Positions 26,870 through 39,675 of a stretch of 64,000 bases of DNA are shown piece after piece (the first letter of the stretch is position 1; every line of letters starts with the position of its first letter). Under the pieces are notes generated by a model. That model made no database searches. It was not told the DNA's origin and saw only the letters and a list, made by a program, of their open reading frames with translations. This stretch comes from Octopus vulgaris (taxonomy: Eukaryota). The translations under genes and the position numbers were made by a program. The stretch covers positions 32,984,001-33,048,000 of the forward strand of contig OX597816.1 of assembly GCA_951406725.2 (NCBI GenBank). Reading direction: 5' to 3'.

Positions 26870-27147
26870 ATAAGAAGAGGATAAAGAAGAAGAAGAAGGA
26901 GAAGAAGAAGAAGAAGAAGAAGAAGAAGAAGAAGAAGAAGAAGAAGAAGAAGAAGAGGAGGAGGAGGAGAATTTTGAAACATAACAGGATGACACCTATA
27001 AAGAAATGATGTAAAGAGAATGATGATGATGAATATAAAGATGATGATAAAGATAAAGATGATGAAAAAGAGGATGGAAGCTGGAGGTGGTGGTGGTGGT
27101 GGTGGTGGTTGGTGGTAGTAGTATTAGTAGTGGTGGTAGTGGTAGTG

Positions 27148-27180
<33 letters not shown>

Positions 27181-27239
27181 AGGGAAACGGTGGAGATGAT
27201 GATGATATGACGACGACGACGACGATGATGATGAGGATG

Positions 27240-27274
<35 letters not shown>

Positions 27275-27355
27275 AGCGATGATGCTGACGATGCTGCCGA
27301 TGTTGATGGGGATGATGATGACTATGATCACGGTGTTCATGATGCTGATGGAAAT
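26870..27355. repeat. Compound trinucleotide microsatellite (GAA, GGA, GAT, GGT, TAG, GAC)
   Basis: Read directly from the sequence. Confidence 0.95.
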
Positions 27356-28269
27356 GGCGACCCCGATTATCTAAACACGTTCGAAAATAATGTGGGTGCG
27401 CCTGTGTGTTACGTTGATATGCGAATTTAATCATGGAAATGAAGCAACTTGTAACAAGCTGCTTCTCGGAACCTGTTTTATCTGAAGTAGAAAACAGAAA
27501 GCAAGACAGTAATGAAAATATAGCCATATGATGATCAACATGTAGATATTTGGAATAAGAAAATTTTCAAAAAATTGAAGCAGTTGACGTCAAATCGAAT
27601 GCACAAATGGTAAATCACATACGTACACACACACAGAAACACACACATATACATATTCCATTGCGTACGCACACAGGAAACAAAGCAAACAGAATTGCAT
27701 AACCAAATTGCCGAAAGGAAGTTAATGAAGTATGGAGTTATTTAGAGACAGCCATTGTCTCTGGAGATAAAGCAAATACGAATGGTATTAGTGGACAAAT
27801 ATACAAATGGAAATTATCTCGCTGTAAAGGAGAAATACAATGGAAATAAGTTATAACGTGTAAGAAAGCAATGAAAGTTGACGTGAGCTGAGAGTATTGC
27901 AATGATCGGTAGATCGTTCAGCTGTATATTGTAAGAAAGACAATTTATTTCGAAAACTCTAGAGTATTTAAGCTATCAACGAATACAGAAACTTTGTTTC
28001 TAACTCTAAAGTGGATTATGATATAAAAATATGTATATTATACAATAAACTGCGGTTACTTCCTTGCAATATTAATGCGTTTTTATATTCTGTTTTCAGA
28101 TTCTACTTTGGTTAAGAGTAGCATTTCACCGTTCATTTTTCTGTTCATTCATAACATAAGTACATGTCAACTTCTACTGTCTGGTTTGTTTGACTACGCC
28201 TATTTCCTATATAAAGACACATATCCATTTCATAGAGAAATATACATGGATACATTTATATTCGTTTTC

Positions 28270-28655
28270 TTTTATTCTTTTACTTGTTTCAGTCACTTGA
28301 CTGCTGCTATGCTGGAGCACCACCTTTAATCGAAGAAATCGACTCCTGGATTTATTCTTTGTAAGTTAAGTACATATTCGATCGGTAACTTTTGGAGAAC
28401 CGCTAAGTTACTGGGACGTACATACACCAATATCGTTTGACAAGTGATGGTGTGAGGACAAACATAGCCACAGAAACATATACATTTGTACGATCGGCAT
28501 CTTTCAGTTTCCGACTACCACATCTACTAACAAGACTTTGGTCGGCCCGTGACTATACCAGAAGTCACTTGATCAAGATGCCACGGAGTAGGACTGAACC
28601 CAGAATTATGTGGTTGCGAAGAAAGCTTCTTACAACAAAACCACGTCTGCGCCTA
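28270..28655 (-). mobile_element. Near-complete tRNA-derived SINE
   Basis: Minus head GGCGCAGACGTGG...GGGTTCAGTCCTACT; tail shared with 325-430. Confidence 0.75.
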
Positions 28656-28687
28656 TATACATATAAACACACACACACACACATATA

Positions 28688-29075
28688 TTCTGTAAATAAT
28701 AGTAATTGTATTTTTATATACTTAAAGCTTATAGCGCTCACCGTGCAAATGACTAAAGAAAATTCTCTAATATTGGGGGATAGAAGCACTCGACAGAAAA
28801 AAAAAGTAGGCTTTCCCGTACGCGTGGGACTCAAACCTACATCCCTTTGTTAATGCGACTAAGAATGTTACGACATTTCCAATTCTGTAAATAATACTGA
28901 TGGTATTTTTATATTAGCTTAAAGCTTATCGCGATCACCGTGCAAATGACTAAGGAAAATGGTATTTTCTGTCGAGGGCTTATATACCCTATTATTAGAC
29001 TATTTTCTTAGTCAATTGCATGGTGTTCGCTAAAAGCTTTAAGCTCATAAAAAATACCGTTATTATTATTTACAA
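28688..29075. repeat. Direct-plus-inverted triplicated unit around a tRNA-like half
   Basis: Unit at 28688-28800, direct partial copy 28883-28960, inverted copy about 28965-29073; minus GTAGGTTTGAGTCCCAC at about 28825-28841. Confidence 0.7.
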
Positions 29076-29161
29076 CTCGATACCGCTTCACAAAACCATT
29101 TCGCACTGAACGTATTTATACATACATACATACATACATACATACATACATACATACATAC

Positions 29162-29229
<68 letters not shown>

Positions 29230-29231
<2 letters not shown>

Positions 29232-29545
29232 TAGTTGAATGAATTATCCTAGTATGGATAATTCGGTTAACCGATACCCGGGTAGCAAATTCACGTCAGA
29301 AAACACGGTTGAAGCTACATGCCAAGGGCAGAGATTACGTGCTTTCGTGTGGAAATTTGCGTGCTATTTTTACTATAATTAAATGAAAGAATGGAGTCGA
29401 ACGACGATTTAACAAATTTCCTTTATTCTCCACATATGTTTCGAAGACTGCATAATCCTAATTTCGAAGGATTAAGGGGTGCATTATTCCGCCTTCTCAT
29501 CAGGAAAGACAAGGGACTTATGTCAGCATCATGATGAACAAAAAC
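29230..29545 (-). mobile_element. Penelope-like non-coding element next to (TA)n
   Basis: Discrete block carrying an HHR motif. Confidence 0.6.
29427..29507 (-). ncRNA. Type I hammerhead motif with GUG at the cleavage triplet (probably inactive)
   Basis: Minus: tttc-CTGATGA-gaag...cttc-GAAAC-atat-GTG-gaga; palindromic ACATATGT. Confidence 0.7.
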
Positions 29546-30323
29546 TTTTAATTATGTATGTATGTATTCACATATACATATATATTTTTTTCTCTTCTCT
29601 TTTATCTATTATTGGTATAAGCAATTGGATGGGGCCATGCTGGAACACCGAATTTCAGTACGCGTGGGTATCCTTCCTGTACTGTTTTTGATGAAAAGGC
29701 GAGTTGGACAGAACCACCCAGTTTTTTTGCCCTGATGTGGTTTCATCTGGCATTCAGATAGATATTTTCCAGATGCTTTTTGAAGGTCTCCATATCTACA
29801 ACTCGTACGTCTCTGATGCACACACACACACCACAAATGTATATATATATATATATATTTACAGATTCTGATCAAATGTATGACCGTGTATCCAAATGAG
29901 AGATATTCACTCACACTCAAACATATGTTTTGTACTTTTATATTAGAATGGAGATATTCATCTGTTCATATATAGAATCGTGTACCAGAATATACGAAAT
30001 CGTTTACAAGCTATATATAAATATTAAATATGCCAATATTTCTATGAGACTATATCAACAGTAAATTGTTGGACCTTAAGGAATGGTTAGCGACCAAATT
30101 TATATACTACAGAGCATCTAAACATTTCAGTGTTCAACTACGAGTCAGCCACAGATAGTTCTTGATAAATTCGGGTGACAAGAGTTTTAAAAAAAGGCTC
30201 GTCATTCATAGTCGACTGCATCGTAAAACAGGAATTGCTGTAAGCTAATGAAGTTCTTGAAATAATCGTTTTTCCGTTCACATCTCTTATTAATATTATC
30301 GCTCGATACTTAGCTAACATTTC

Positions 30324-30783
30324 GGATCTTTTCGGATCTTTTCGGTTTTTAACATAATGTCTAGGTAAATAAAAAAATTTAAACTTCGTATACTGATAGA
30401 ATATGTTTATAAAACATCTTTTTCTCTTGGCTTTATTGAGAAAATTCTATACTTTGTAATATATTTGTTGTTTTTTCTTCAATTTCTGCAATTTCAACCA
30501 ATCAGTGACGTCTATTGAGTTCAAAAACATTCTGTATGAATATGTCCCTCGTTTAAGAAATAGATTAGGTTTATTTACATTTGTGAAGAAAAAAGATACC
30601 CTTCCACCACCCCAAACCCTAACCCTAACCCTAGCCCTAACCCTAAATAACCCTAACTAACCCTAACTAACCCTAACACTAAAAGAGATTGAAATCCAAT
30701 AGATCGATTCTAGGGTCATAATCAAGGGTGACAATTTCATATGATACCGCTAGAAAAAACTGCCGTTCAAACCGAAGTGATCC
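30324..30783. mobile_element. MITE with GG-starting TIRs, 8-bp TSD and internal (CCCTAA)n; Merlin-like
   Basis: Ends GGATCTTTTCGG / CCGAAGTGATCC; TSD AACATTTC / AAAATTTC; paralog at 48472-48891. Confidence 0.8.
30611..30682. repeat. Interstitial telomere-type repeat (CCCTAA)n with variants
   Basis: About 10 CCCTAA/CCCTAG/CCCTAACTAA units. Confidence 0.9.
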
Positions 30784-30859
30784 AAAATTTCATTCTGAGA
30801 AGTACCTATATTGAATTCGATAACCGGTTGTTAGTCTTGTAATACCTAATCGATATATA

Positions 30860-31025
30860 TACAACGAGCTTCTATGTATTTTCGTCCACTAAATTCACTC
30901 ACAAGACTTCGATCGGGCGGTGGCACGAGTAGAAGAAACTTGCCGAATTTGCCACGCAGTGAGATTGAACTCGAAATCTTGTAGCTGGGAAGCACACTTC
31001 ATGTCATGCAGTCATGTCTGTGCCT
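30860..31025 (-). mobile_element. SINE 5' (tRNA-like) portion
   Basis: Matches the head of 28270-28655; GAGTTCAATCTC box B. Confidence 0.6.
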
Positions 31026-32219
31026 AAAATAATAACTCAGTTTCAAACAGAATTCGTCAAATATAACATAGAAACGTATATCATAATATATATGTCAAAT
31101 TCATTTACTACTAATGTAAACTGAAACATTACGAAAAAATTTTAATATTTCAATGTGTTCAATGCAATAAGTCTGTATTGATTTGCTGTTATTGTTTCTT
31201 CGCCGATGGCCATTGACATCAGGCCTATAATGAAAACCTTTCTTACTTTGACCATCGCCACGTTTGTTGAAACATATTGGAACAACTTATTATCAAACCT
31301 TTATTAATATTCAAGACAAGATTTTTGCTGCTATTTCAAACAGAGGGATCAGCCACGCTTGCGCTTATTTTTGGTTAATGCTGTTGCTATGTTTTTTAAA
31401 CCAGCTAATTAAATAAGAATTTGAACCCGAACCGTAAATTCTGTAACTAAATAGACAAGCCATTTTGTTAGCAAGTCGAGCGTTACATCGAATCCAATGA
31501 ATAACATATAACAGTTTTCTCTTTATATTAAAGTCACATGTATATGTGATATTGGTTTGTTTCGAAAAGGCAAAAATACATTATATATTAGAAGTGTATG
31601 TAGAAGGAAAAAGGAATAGCAGGAGAGAGAAAGAGAGAATTAAGGGGAGAAACGCTGATGTTTATAGGAATGACATTAAGGGTAGAACGGTGTGAAATCT
31701 CTTTCAATGAATATTGAAACCACGTCACGGTCGATGGTTGCCGACAATATATTTTTTGTTCCGACAGACTCGCCACTGTATCAGAACAATATTAATATTT
31801 CTGTATGAAAATATGAACTAGCCAAGATATTACTAATTAGCAGAATATTAAAAGATAGACTTTATTAGAAACTCCGTTTCCCTTGCAATTCTAAGAAAAC
31901 TTCCTGCTACATTGAGGTCAAGGAAAAGGTAATATTAACGTAAATAGGTTCCTCAAATTCTTTCGTAAGCACTAAATTGTGGAAAATGTTATTCGATGCC
32001 TTTGCATCTATTGAAAATCTGATTTCAAATGCCACATTTGTAAACGCAGATTATTATTATTGTTGTTGTAGTTAGGCGAAATACTTAACAGTCGTTTTTA
32101 CATTCTGCGTTCAAATGCCTCCGATGGTAACTTTTTGCTTTCATCCCTTTGGGGTCGACAAAATAATCACCAGGCGTGCACTGGGAGCAACCTAATCGAC
32201 TATCCCTTTCCACAACAAT

Positions 32220-33230
32220 TCTGGCCCTTTGCTGTTGTTGCTGCTGTTGAGATTGTTGGCTTGTAGCTTTGGTTTCGAGATTACCTGCAGCTTTTTTCCG
32301 GCTTCTGAGTTCCGTGGTCACAAACAGTTGTGATTTAAGGATTACAGCTGTATTTTCATGCACTCTCCTTCTTTTCCTTTTTAAGGGTCGCTCGACGATC
32401 ACCCATTCAGGTGGATTCGTTTTGTCCGAAGTCCATTCTATATACAAGGAGTCAGTAGGATTTCAACTCTGATCCTCCTGTGTTTGACGTTGTGGTTATC
32501 GTTGCTTTCCACTTCAGGACTGTAACGAATTTAGTTTTAGGATTATTGGATTAGCGTTTGACAAATCTCCCGATTTCTCCCCAGTGGGGCGAAAATCATT
32601 TAAAGGATTGGTCTTGCCAAAGATGTAACATCTGCGTTCCTTATCCCCCACGACCACCTCTATCTGCTCGTTCTCTCCGAAAGAGAAAAAACCCGGATGG
32701 CATGGGCTTCTTCCGAAGCAACTAACATCTGTAACTCCTCTTACAATCCTGTTCTGCTTTGCTGGGGGCTTGATTTCATGCTTATTATCTCCCAGTAATC
32801 CACTAGCAAGGTCATTATTCTGGCCTGTTTCTATTGAGGAGATATGTTTGAGACCCTGGCCTTAGTCTCATGACATTCCATGTATAAGGGGAACATAGCG
32901 TACTAGTCAGAAGAGTTGTAGCCGTCTTGTGCGCTGCTACCTGGTTACTGCAGATAGCTACCACGATCCCATAGTGCTTTCCTCGACAGAAACGTGTAGC
33001 GTACAAAAGGCCACACTTCTTTTAGACATTTTCTGTTACAATTGGCGAAGCTTCCTCGCATTGCAATTAATGGACTTATTGTTTTCTTTTTGGTGGATAT
33101 CCATTCCTCTTCTGGGAGTGCCATGACACCGAATCGAATGATATTTTCCTCTTAGTTTTTAATTCTCTCTGCTTTTCCTTGCGAAGTAAACTTTTCCTTC
33201 TGGTGTTCTTTTTCTCGTTACAGCCTACGT
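32220..33230 (-). mobile_element. Degraded LINE ORF1 (gag-like), possibly L1/Tx1
   Basis: Minus remnants IEVVVGDKERRCYIFGK (decayed zinc knuckle), FPLYMECHETKARVSN and a basic/Q-rich tail. Confidence 0.4.
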
Positions 33231-33509
33231 AAAAAGTATTACTGTTGACATGGTAGTAGCAGTCAGCGCTATTGTTGATCTCATTACTGTTGTCATTATT
33301 GTTGTTGTGGGTGTTGTCAAGAGTAATACTGGCATTTGTGGTCTTGTTTTGGCATTTGGCATTCTTATTGTTCTTGTTGATCTTGGTATTGGTGGTGGTG
33401 GTGGTGGTGATGGTGGTGCTATTGCCTGTAGATTCTTTGCAAAAATCAAATTGAGTGGTGACCTCTACGCATGGTTGACTACTGCATGTGTGTATGTATG
33501 TATGTGTGC

Positions 33510-33542
<33 letters not shown>

Positions 33543-33744
33543 TGTATGTATGTATGTATAGTTTTCAAATATTGACACAAAACCAACAATTTCGGTGGAA
33601 GGCGCTAGTCGACTAAATCACCTCGGCAGAATTTAAACAATACAGAATGTGAAGAAAGACAGAATGTCTCTACGCATTTTGCCCGGAGTATTGCATCGCT
33701 TCTGCACCCGCACTATTCGCCATATTTAGTACCTACGGACTAAA

Positions 33745-33990
33745 CAAGTAAATGCAGCTCAAAGATCGCCGTTTTAACACCATTGTAGAGATCCAAAGTG
33801 AAATGCAGAAGGTCCTCGACACGCTTCCCGATAATTATTTCCAGGCCAGATTCCAAAAGTGGCAGGGATGCTGGGACCGGTGTATCGCTCCGCAAGCTGA
33901 ATATTTCCAAGATAATGTTGAAACTTAGGTAAAGCAGCTAGTTTTTATTAAACATAACTAATCCTGGAAATTTTTTATACCACATTGTAT
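33745..33990 (+). mobile_element. Mariner 3' end relic
   Basis: LKDRRFNTIVEIQSEMQKVL...FQKWQGCWDRCIAPQAEYFQD; ends at TA. Confidence 0.75.
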
Positions 33991-34057
33991 ATATATCTTA
34001 ACTATACTGTACTGGGTGTCAGTGCATATGTACTTATGCACGTTACAGTATACTTGA

Positions 34058-34097
<40 letters not shown>

Positions 34098-34100
<3 letters not shown>

Positions 34101-34113
34101 AAAAATCAGAAAA

Positions 34114-34151
<38 letters not shown>

Positions 34152-34241
34152 AAAAATCAGAAAATATCATATATATATATATATATATATACATATACAT
34201 ATGATAAAAATCAGAAAAATCATATATATATATATATATAT
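34098..34241. repeat. Three copies of GATAAAAATCAGAAAAATC separated by (AT)n
   Basis: Read directly from the sequence. Confidence 0.9.
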
Positions 34242-36741
34242 ATTACGTCGTTGTTGATTATATCTGACTTGCTAGTTCAAATCCCGTTCCCTGCATTCAC
34301 CAAGAAAAATACCTTCGAGTACGATACCTTCTGTAAACAAAAGTCTCATTTGTAGGGCACATCTTTTACATGAGGTTGTAACATTTCGAGATGCCAATTT
34401 TAATGTGACAGCTGTGTTTAGCTTATTATGAACGACCACATTCCTTTATATTACTTAATATATCCATGTGTAGAAGAGCTTCCTGTCACTAACTACATAT
34501 TTCCTCGAATAATGTTGGCAATGTATTCATGCATGTAAAATCGATTTAATACAAAATACTTTCTCCACAGGAATACAGTAATAAATAAATCGCCAAAACT
34601 GAAGTATGTGCTTGCTGTCCAGAAATAATACACATTATTGATATGCAAATATCTAAGTATAACTTTCAGCTGACTGAAAGTAAGTTTCACATCCAGAGTT
34701 AATGATGTGCATGATAGTCTTTCTAGCATTACGGCACAATAGAACTTAGCAATAGATGTTTATCAACGTCACAGAATAGTTTTACACAGGGATCACTCCA
34801 AAGTATCTCCCAGGAATTCAAAAATGTTTACTACATCTTCGAAACGAAAAGGAGTTTTTGGTGGCTCTAATCTATATGGAATTCAATGAATTGAAGGCTG
34901 TATATAAAAATAAAGCAGTATTGTGGGGGAATGAAAATAGAGCTCAGATCATATAAACTTTTAAAAGGGACAAAGAAGGATCTAAAAGCTTTAGGATACA
35001 AATAATTGATACAAATAATATGCACAGCTACGTACTTATTGACCGAAAAACAAAACTAGTTGTTGTTGGATATAGCATATAAAGAAAGGGAAGAAAAGTG
35101 CACAAATTAATTACCATTGCTATCCTTTGATATGGTTCACATAGCAAACATCTATCTATTTATGAAACCTCATACGTTTTTTTCTTCTTAAATTAAAAGC
35201 GATATACAGCATACACAGATAGTCTTAGACACGTTACCTCACGTTTGGAATGCTTCTGGTGATAGATTTCCATTTTCGGTGGGGATCTAGGCTTAAACAA
35301 CAACAACTATTGTTTAGACATGTCTAACATATTTCATGTTCACAATAACATGCATTCACAGCATAAATTTGACCAACTGGAAGTTGGATGACTATAGCCA
35401 CTATGTCATTTCTGTTCGTAAAACATCATTGGTTTCACGCTGTCAGAACTATCAAGTTCAAGATGTAGTATGGCAGGTTCAATCTACGTTATACACCCAT
35501 CGAATAATGATATCTCAACTGATCACCAAATTTGATACAATGCACATGCATTTCAACGGAATCAAGAGATTTGCTGGAATATAAAATTCACAGACAGCGA
35601 TAGATATTAGTGGTGGGAATACGCATTTTGTAACACAGAACACAATCAGAACGTACTGGGGTTCCACACAAACTGCCACTAATGAAACAGTATACTCTGA
35701 GATTCATATAAGGATGGATTGATAGAAATTGTGCAAAGTTAGGCAGACGAACAGAGTGAGAGTTACGTATTCCGAAGTGGATACAAACTTATATGCTATT
35801 GCATGGAATATTAGTGGTTCACCTCGTAGTTTGTATCGATTTATCTTCTTAAACCTATGCAGGTTAAGATAGCAGTTCCATACTCTAATTGAACCTATTG
35901 AAAATATAAATATTTTTGTGCAGTTGTGATAAGAATGACAGATAAGAAAGATCAAGGCTTGTCTATCTCCCATTTTTAATTTAGATATTTAATCTTAAAG
36001 AAACGAAAATCAGCTGCAATACATTAATTATTAGAAATCAATATTTCTTCTGAAGTTCGGTAAAAATAAGTATAAAAATATTTTATAAATGTGATAAAAA
36101 TTCATTTTATGCACTAATATGAAACGTCTCGGTATCATGAATATTTAATATAATAATTATCATTGCTATTATTCAATTAATATTCATTTATTTTATTTAT
36201 TTAAATATTTTAAGTGTGGGTTTTCTGCACGATTTTTATTTCTTAAATCTCAATCTAAATATAGATCTTGATTATACTGCCATTATTTTCACTTGCTTTT
36301 TTTTTTATATATATTTTTACTGTTATTTACTTTAATTTAGATTATAGTTTTTATAGCTTTGAATGATATTATTTCCTAATTTTTAGCAAATTCTACAGAA
36401 TTGCAACTTCTGAAATACTATTATAATATTATTCCCGTTTATAAAAGATTGATAATAGAATATTTTAATTATATTTAATTTTACTCCAAATGCGTAGTAT
36501 TTACTCTCCAGAAGGAAAGATAAATATTAAACGAATCTCAATTAGACTGAGTCGCAGACGTTACAATACAATTTCGATTCCAATTCGGTATTTACACCTC
36601 ATTTACGTACTCAGATTTATCGATGAAAAGACCAGAAAATTCTGTATATAAAATATTTTTCATTTAAGTGTACTCAACATGTACGGTATTTACTCTCGAA
36701 AGGGAAACAAACATTATATATATGTATTTGTTTTTTTTGTT

Positions 36742-37233
<492 letters not shown>

Positions 37234-37335
37234 TCGGGGTGAGTACTTGATAATTATAAGCACCTGTGTATACCGTTTGGTGGTGTAGGTGGTGGAGTAA
37301 ATTGATCAAAATAAAAACATGATGCGAAGAATTCA

Positions 37336-37413
37336 GCGGTACATATGTTTCGGGCCTTTATTAGACAGATTTATAACAATGCATAATGTATGTCTGTGGC
37401 CTTCTTCAGCCGC
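37336..37413 (-). ncRNA. Type I hammerhead ribozyme, intact core
   Basis: Minus: gcgg-CTGAAGA-aggcc...ggccc-GAAAC-atat-GTA-ccgc; stem I gcgg/ccgc, palindromic ACATATGT. Confidence 0.8.
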
Positions 37414-39189
37414 GCACAACAGCATCCACAAGGACATGTATTACATCAAAAATTCTTGGTTGGGGATGCAAATCCTCTCAATCGCGTACGACATAATGCG
37501 GCAGCAGCATAGAATTGAAGCGTCCATCTCTTACATTCACATTTCTAACTCGGATGTTGAACGCACACCGCCAAACTCCACTTCCCACCCTTCCAATTTT
37601 CAGTTCCCCCGCCCGCCCCTACGTGGGCACCTTTAACACACACCTCTAACTTTCAACCACCTTCATCTCATGTTAAACTTTACCAAATTATATTTTTATT
37701 TTATCTTATTTTATTGTCATTTTTACTTTTATTTTTACTTTTATTCTACTTCGATTTATTCTCATTTTTATTTTCATCCCTTACCTTAACTCTTATAATT
37801 TTTATAATTTTTATATTTCATTTCTAACTTTTACATTGTATTTCTTATTTTATACTGTATTTCTTACTTTTATTTCTAATTTTTACCCTTACCCTCATTC
37901 TTACCCCTAACTTATCGCTTTATATCTCTATATATGTCTATTTTTTTTGCTTATCCCTTATTTACTTACCTATGGATCCACTTTATGATTATACGAGCGT
38001 CCGTGTACGTATGTATACGTATACATATATGTACATATGTACGAGTAAACATCTACGTCTGGATGTACATACCCCGTATTTCTTTTTTTACATGTTTTCT
38101 TATATTCATATGTTTACACCTATTTGTATACATCCTTTAATATCTTATAGCTATACCCATATGCGCGTATGTCTCTGTGTGTGTATGTAAGTGTATATGT
38201 GCACGCACATATGGACACACAGCCGTGTGTGCGTGCACGTGTAGACGTGAGTGCGTGATTCTTTACATACGTTCTTATATACATCCTTTAATATCTTATA
38301 TCTAAACCTGGAAGCGTGGGCATATGCGTATGTGTATGTAGGGATGGGCGCACGTATGTACATATGGGTGTGTACACGTATAATGTCCGTGTATACATGC
38401 GGATATTCTGTTGTATGTATGTATATGTACGCGCGTGCGTGTGGGTGTGTGTGTTTATGTACATGTTTACACGCGAGTGCGTGTGTATGCTTATAGGCTT
38501 GGAGGCGTATATGTACGCGTGTATATGGGTGTATGTATCCATGATGGTATGTATGTACTAGATGACCAATTAATTCAAAGAACCAGATTAAACGCTCAAC
38601 AGCTCTGATTTACAACACATTAGGTCCCCAGACGAAACTGTTGATTTATTGACACCCAAAACTTCTACAACTAAATTTTATCAATCTCCTGACCACCATG
38701 TTTGGTCCGTTACCTCTATACATCCCTTATCTTTATATTTTTTTTACATTTTTATCATGTTTATTCATAATTTTATTTTTTTACTTTTTACTTTTATTTC
38801 TATTTCTATTTTTACTTTATAACCTTATACCTTTACATTTATTTATATTTCTTTATATTTCTTTATATTCTTTATACCCCCTTTACATCTCCTTATATCC
38901 CTTTATAACTTTATACTCTACATTTTTATATTTTTCTATACTTACACTTTTTATACATTTTTTATCCCTCGTCCTGAATTCTCGCCCCTCCATCTTCACG
39001 TCTATTTGTGTATTTATTTATTTACATTACTTCAACATCTAAATTTCCTCATTCTACATTGAGAGAAGAAAGAGATGGACGCTTCAATTCTATGCTGCTG
39101 CCGCATTATGTCGTACGCGATTGAGGAGGATTTGTATCCCCAACCAAGAATTTTTGATGTAACACATGTCCTTGTGGATGGTGTTGTGC

Positions 39190-39318
39190 GCGGCTGAAGA
39201 AGGCCACAGATATACATTATGTATTGTATTGTCTAATAAAGGCCCGAAACATATTATTCTTCGCATCATGTTTTTATTTTGATCAATCTATAATAAAGGC
39301 CCGAAACATATGTACCGC
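39190..39318 (+). ncRNA. Type I hammerhead split over a tandem duplication
   Basis: gcgg-CTGAAGA-aggcc at 39190-39205; the first GAAACATAT lacks GTACCGC, and the duplicate at 39291-39345 supplies ggccc-GAAACATAT-GTA-ccgc. Confidence 0.6.
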
Positions 39319-39344
39319 TGAATTCTTCGCATCATGTTTTTATT

Positions 39345-39675
<331 letters not shown>

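Noticed and set aside
26823-27527. 234-aa ORF with poly-H, poly-T and poly-F runs and a good acceptor near 27482
   Set aside because: The frame is kept open by trinucleotide repeats; no recognisable domain or partner exons
30611-30682. Possible chromosome end or fusion site
   Set aside because: The repeat is short and lies inside a TIR/TSD-bounded MITE
34098-34241. Repeat-spacer-like pattern
   Set aside because: Spacers are (AT)n, the context is eukaryotic and there are no cas genes; not CRISPR
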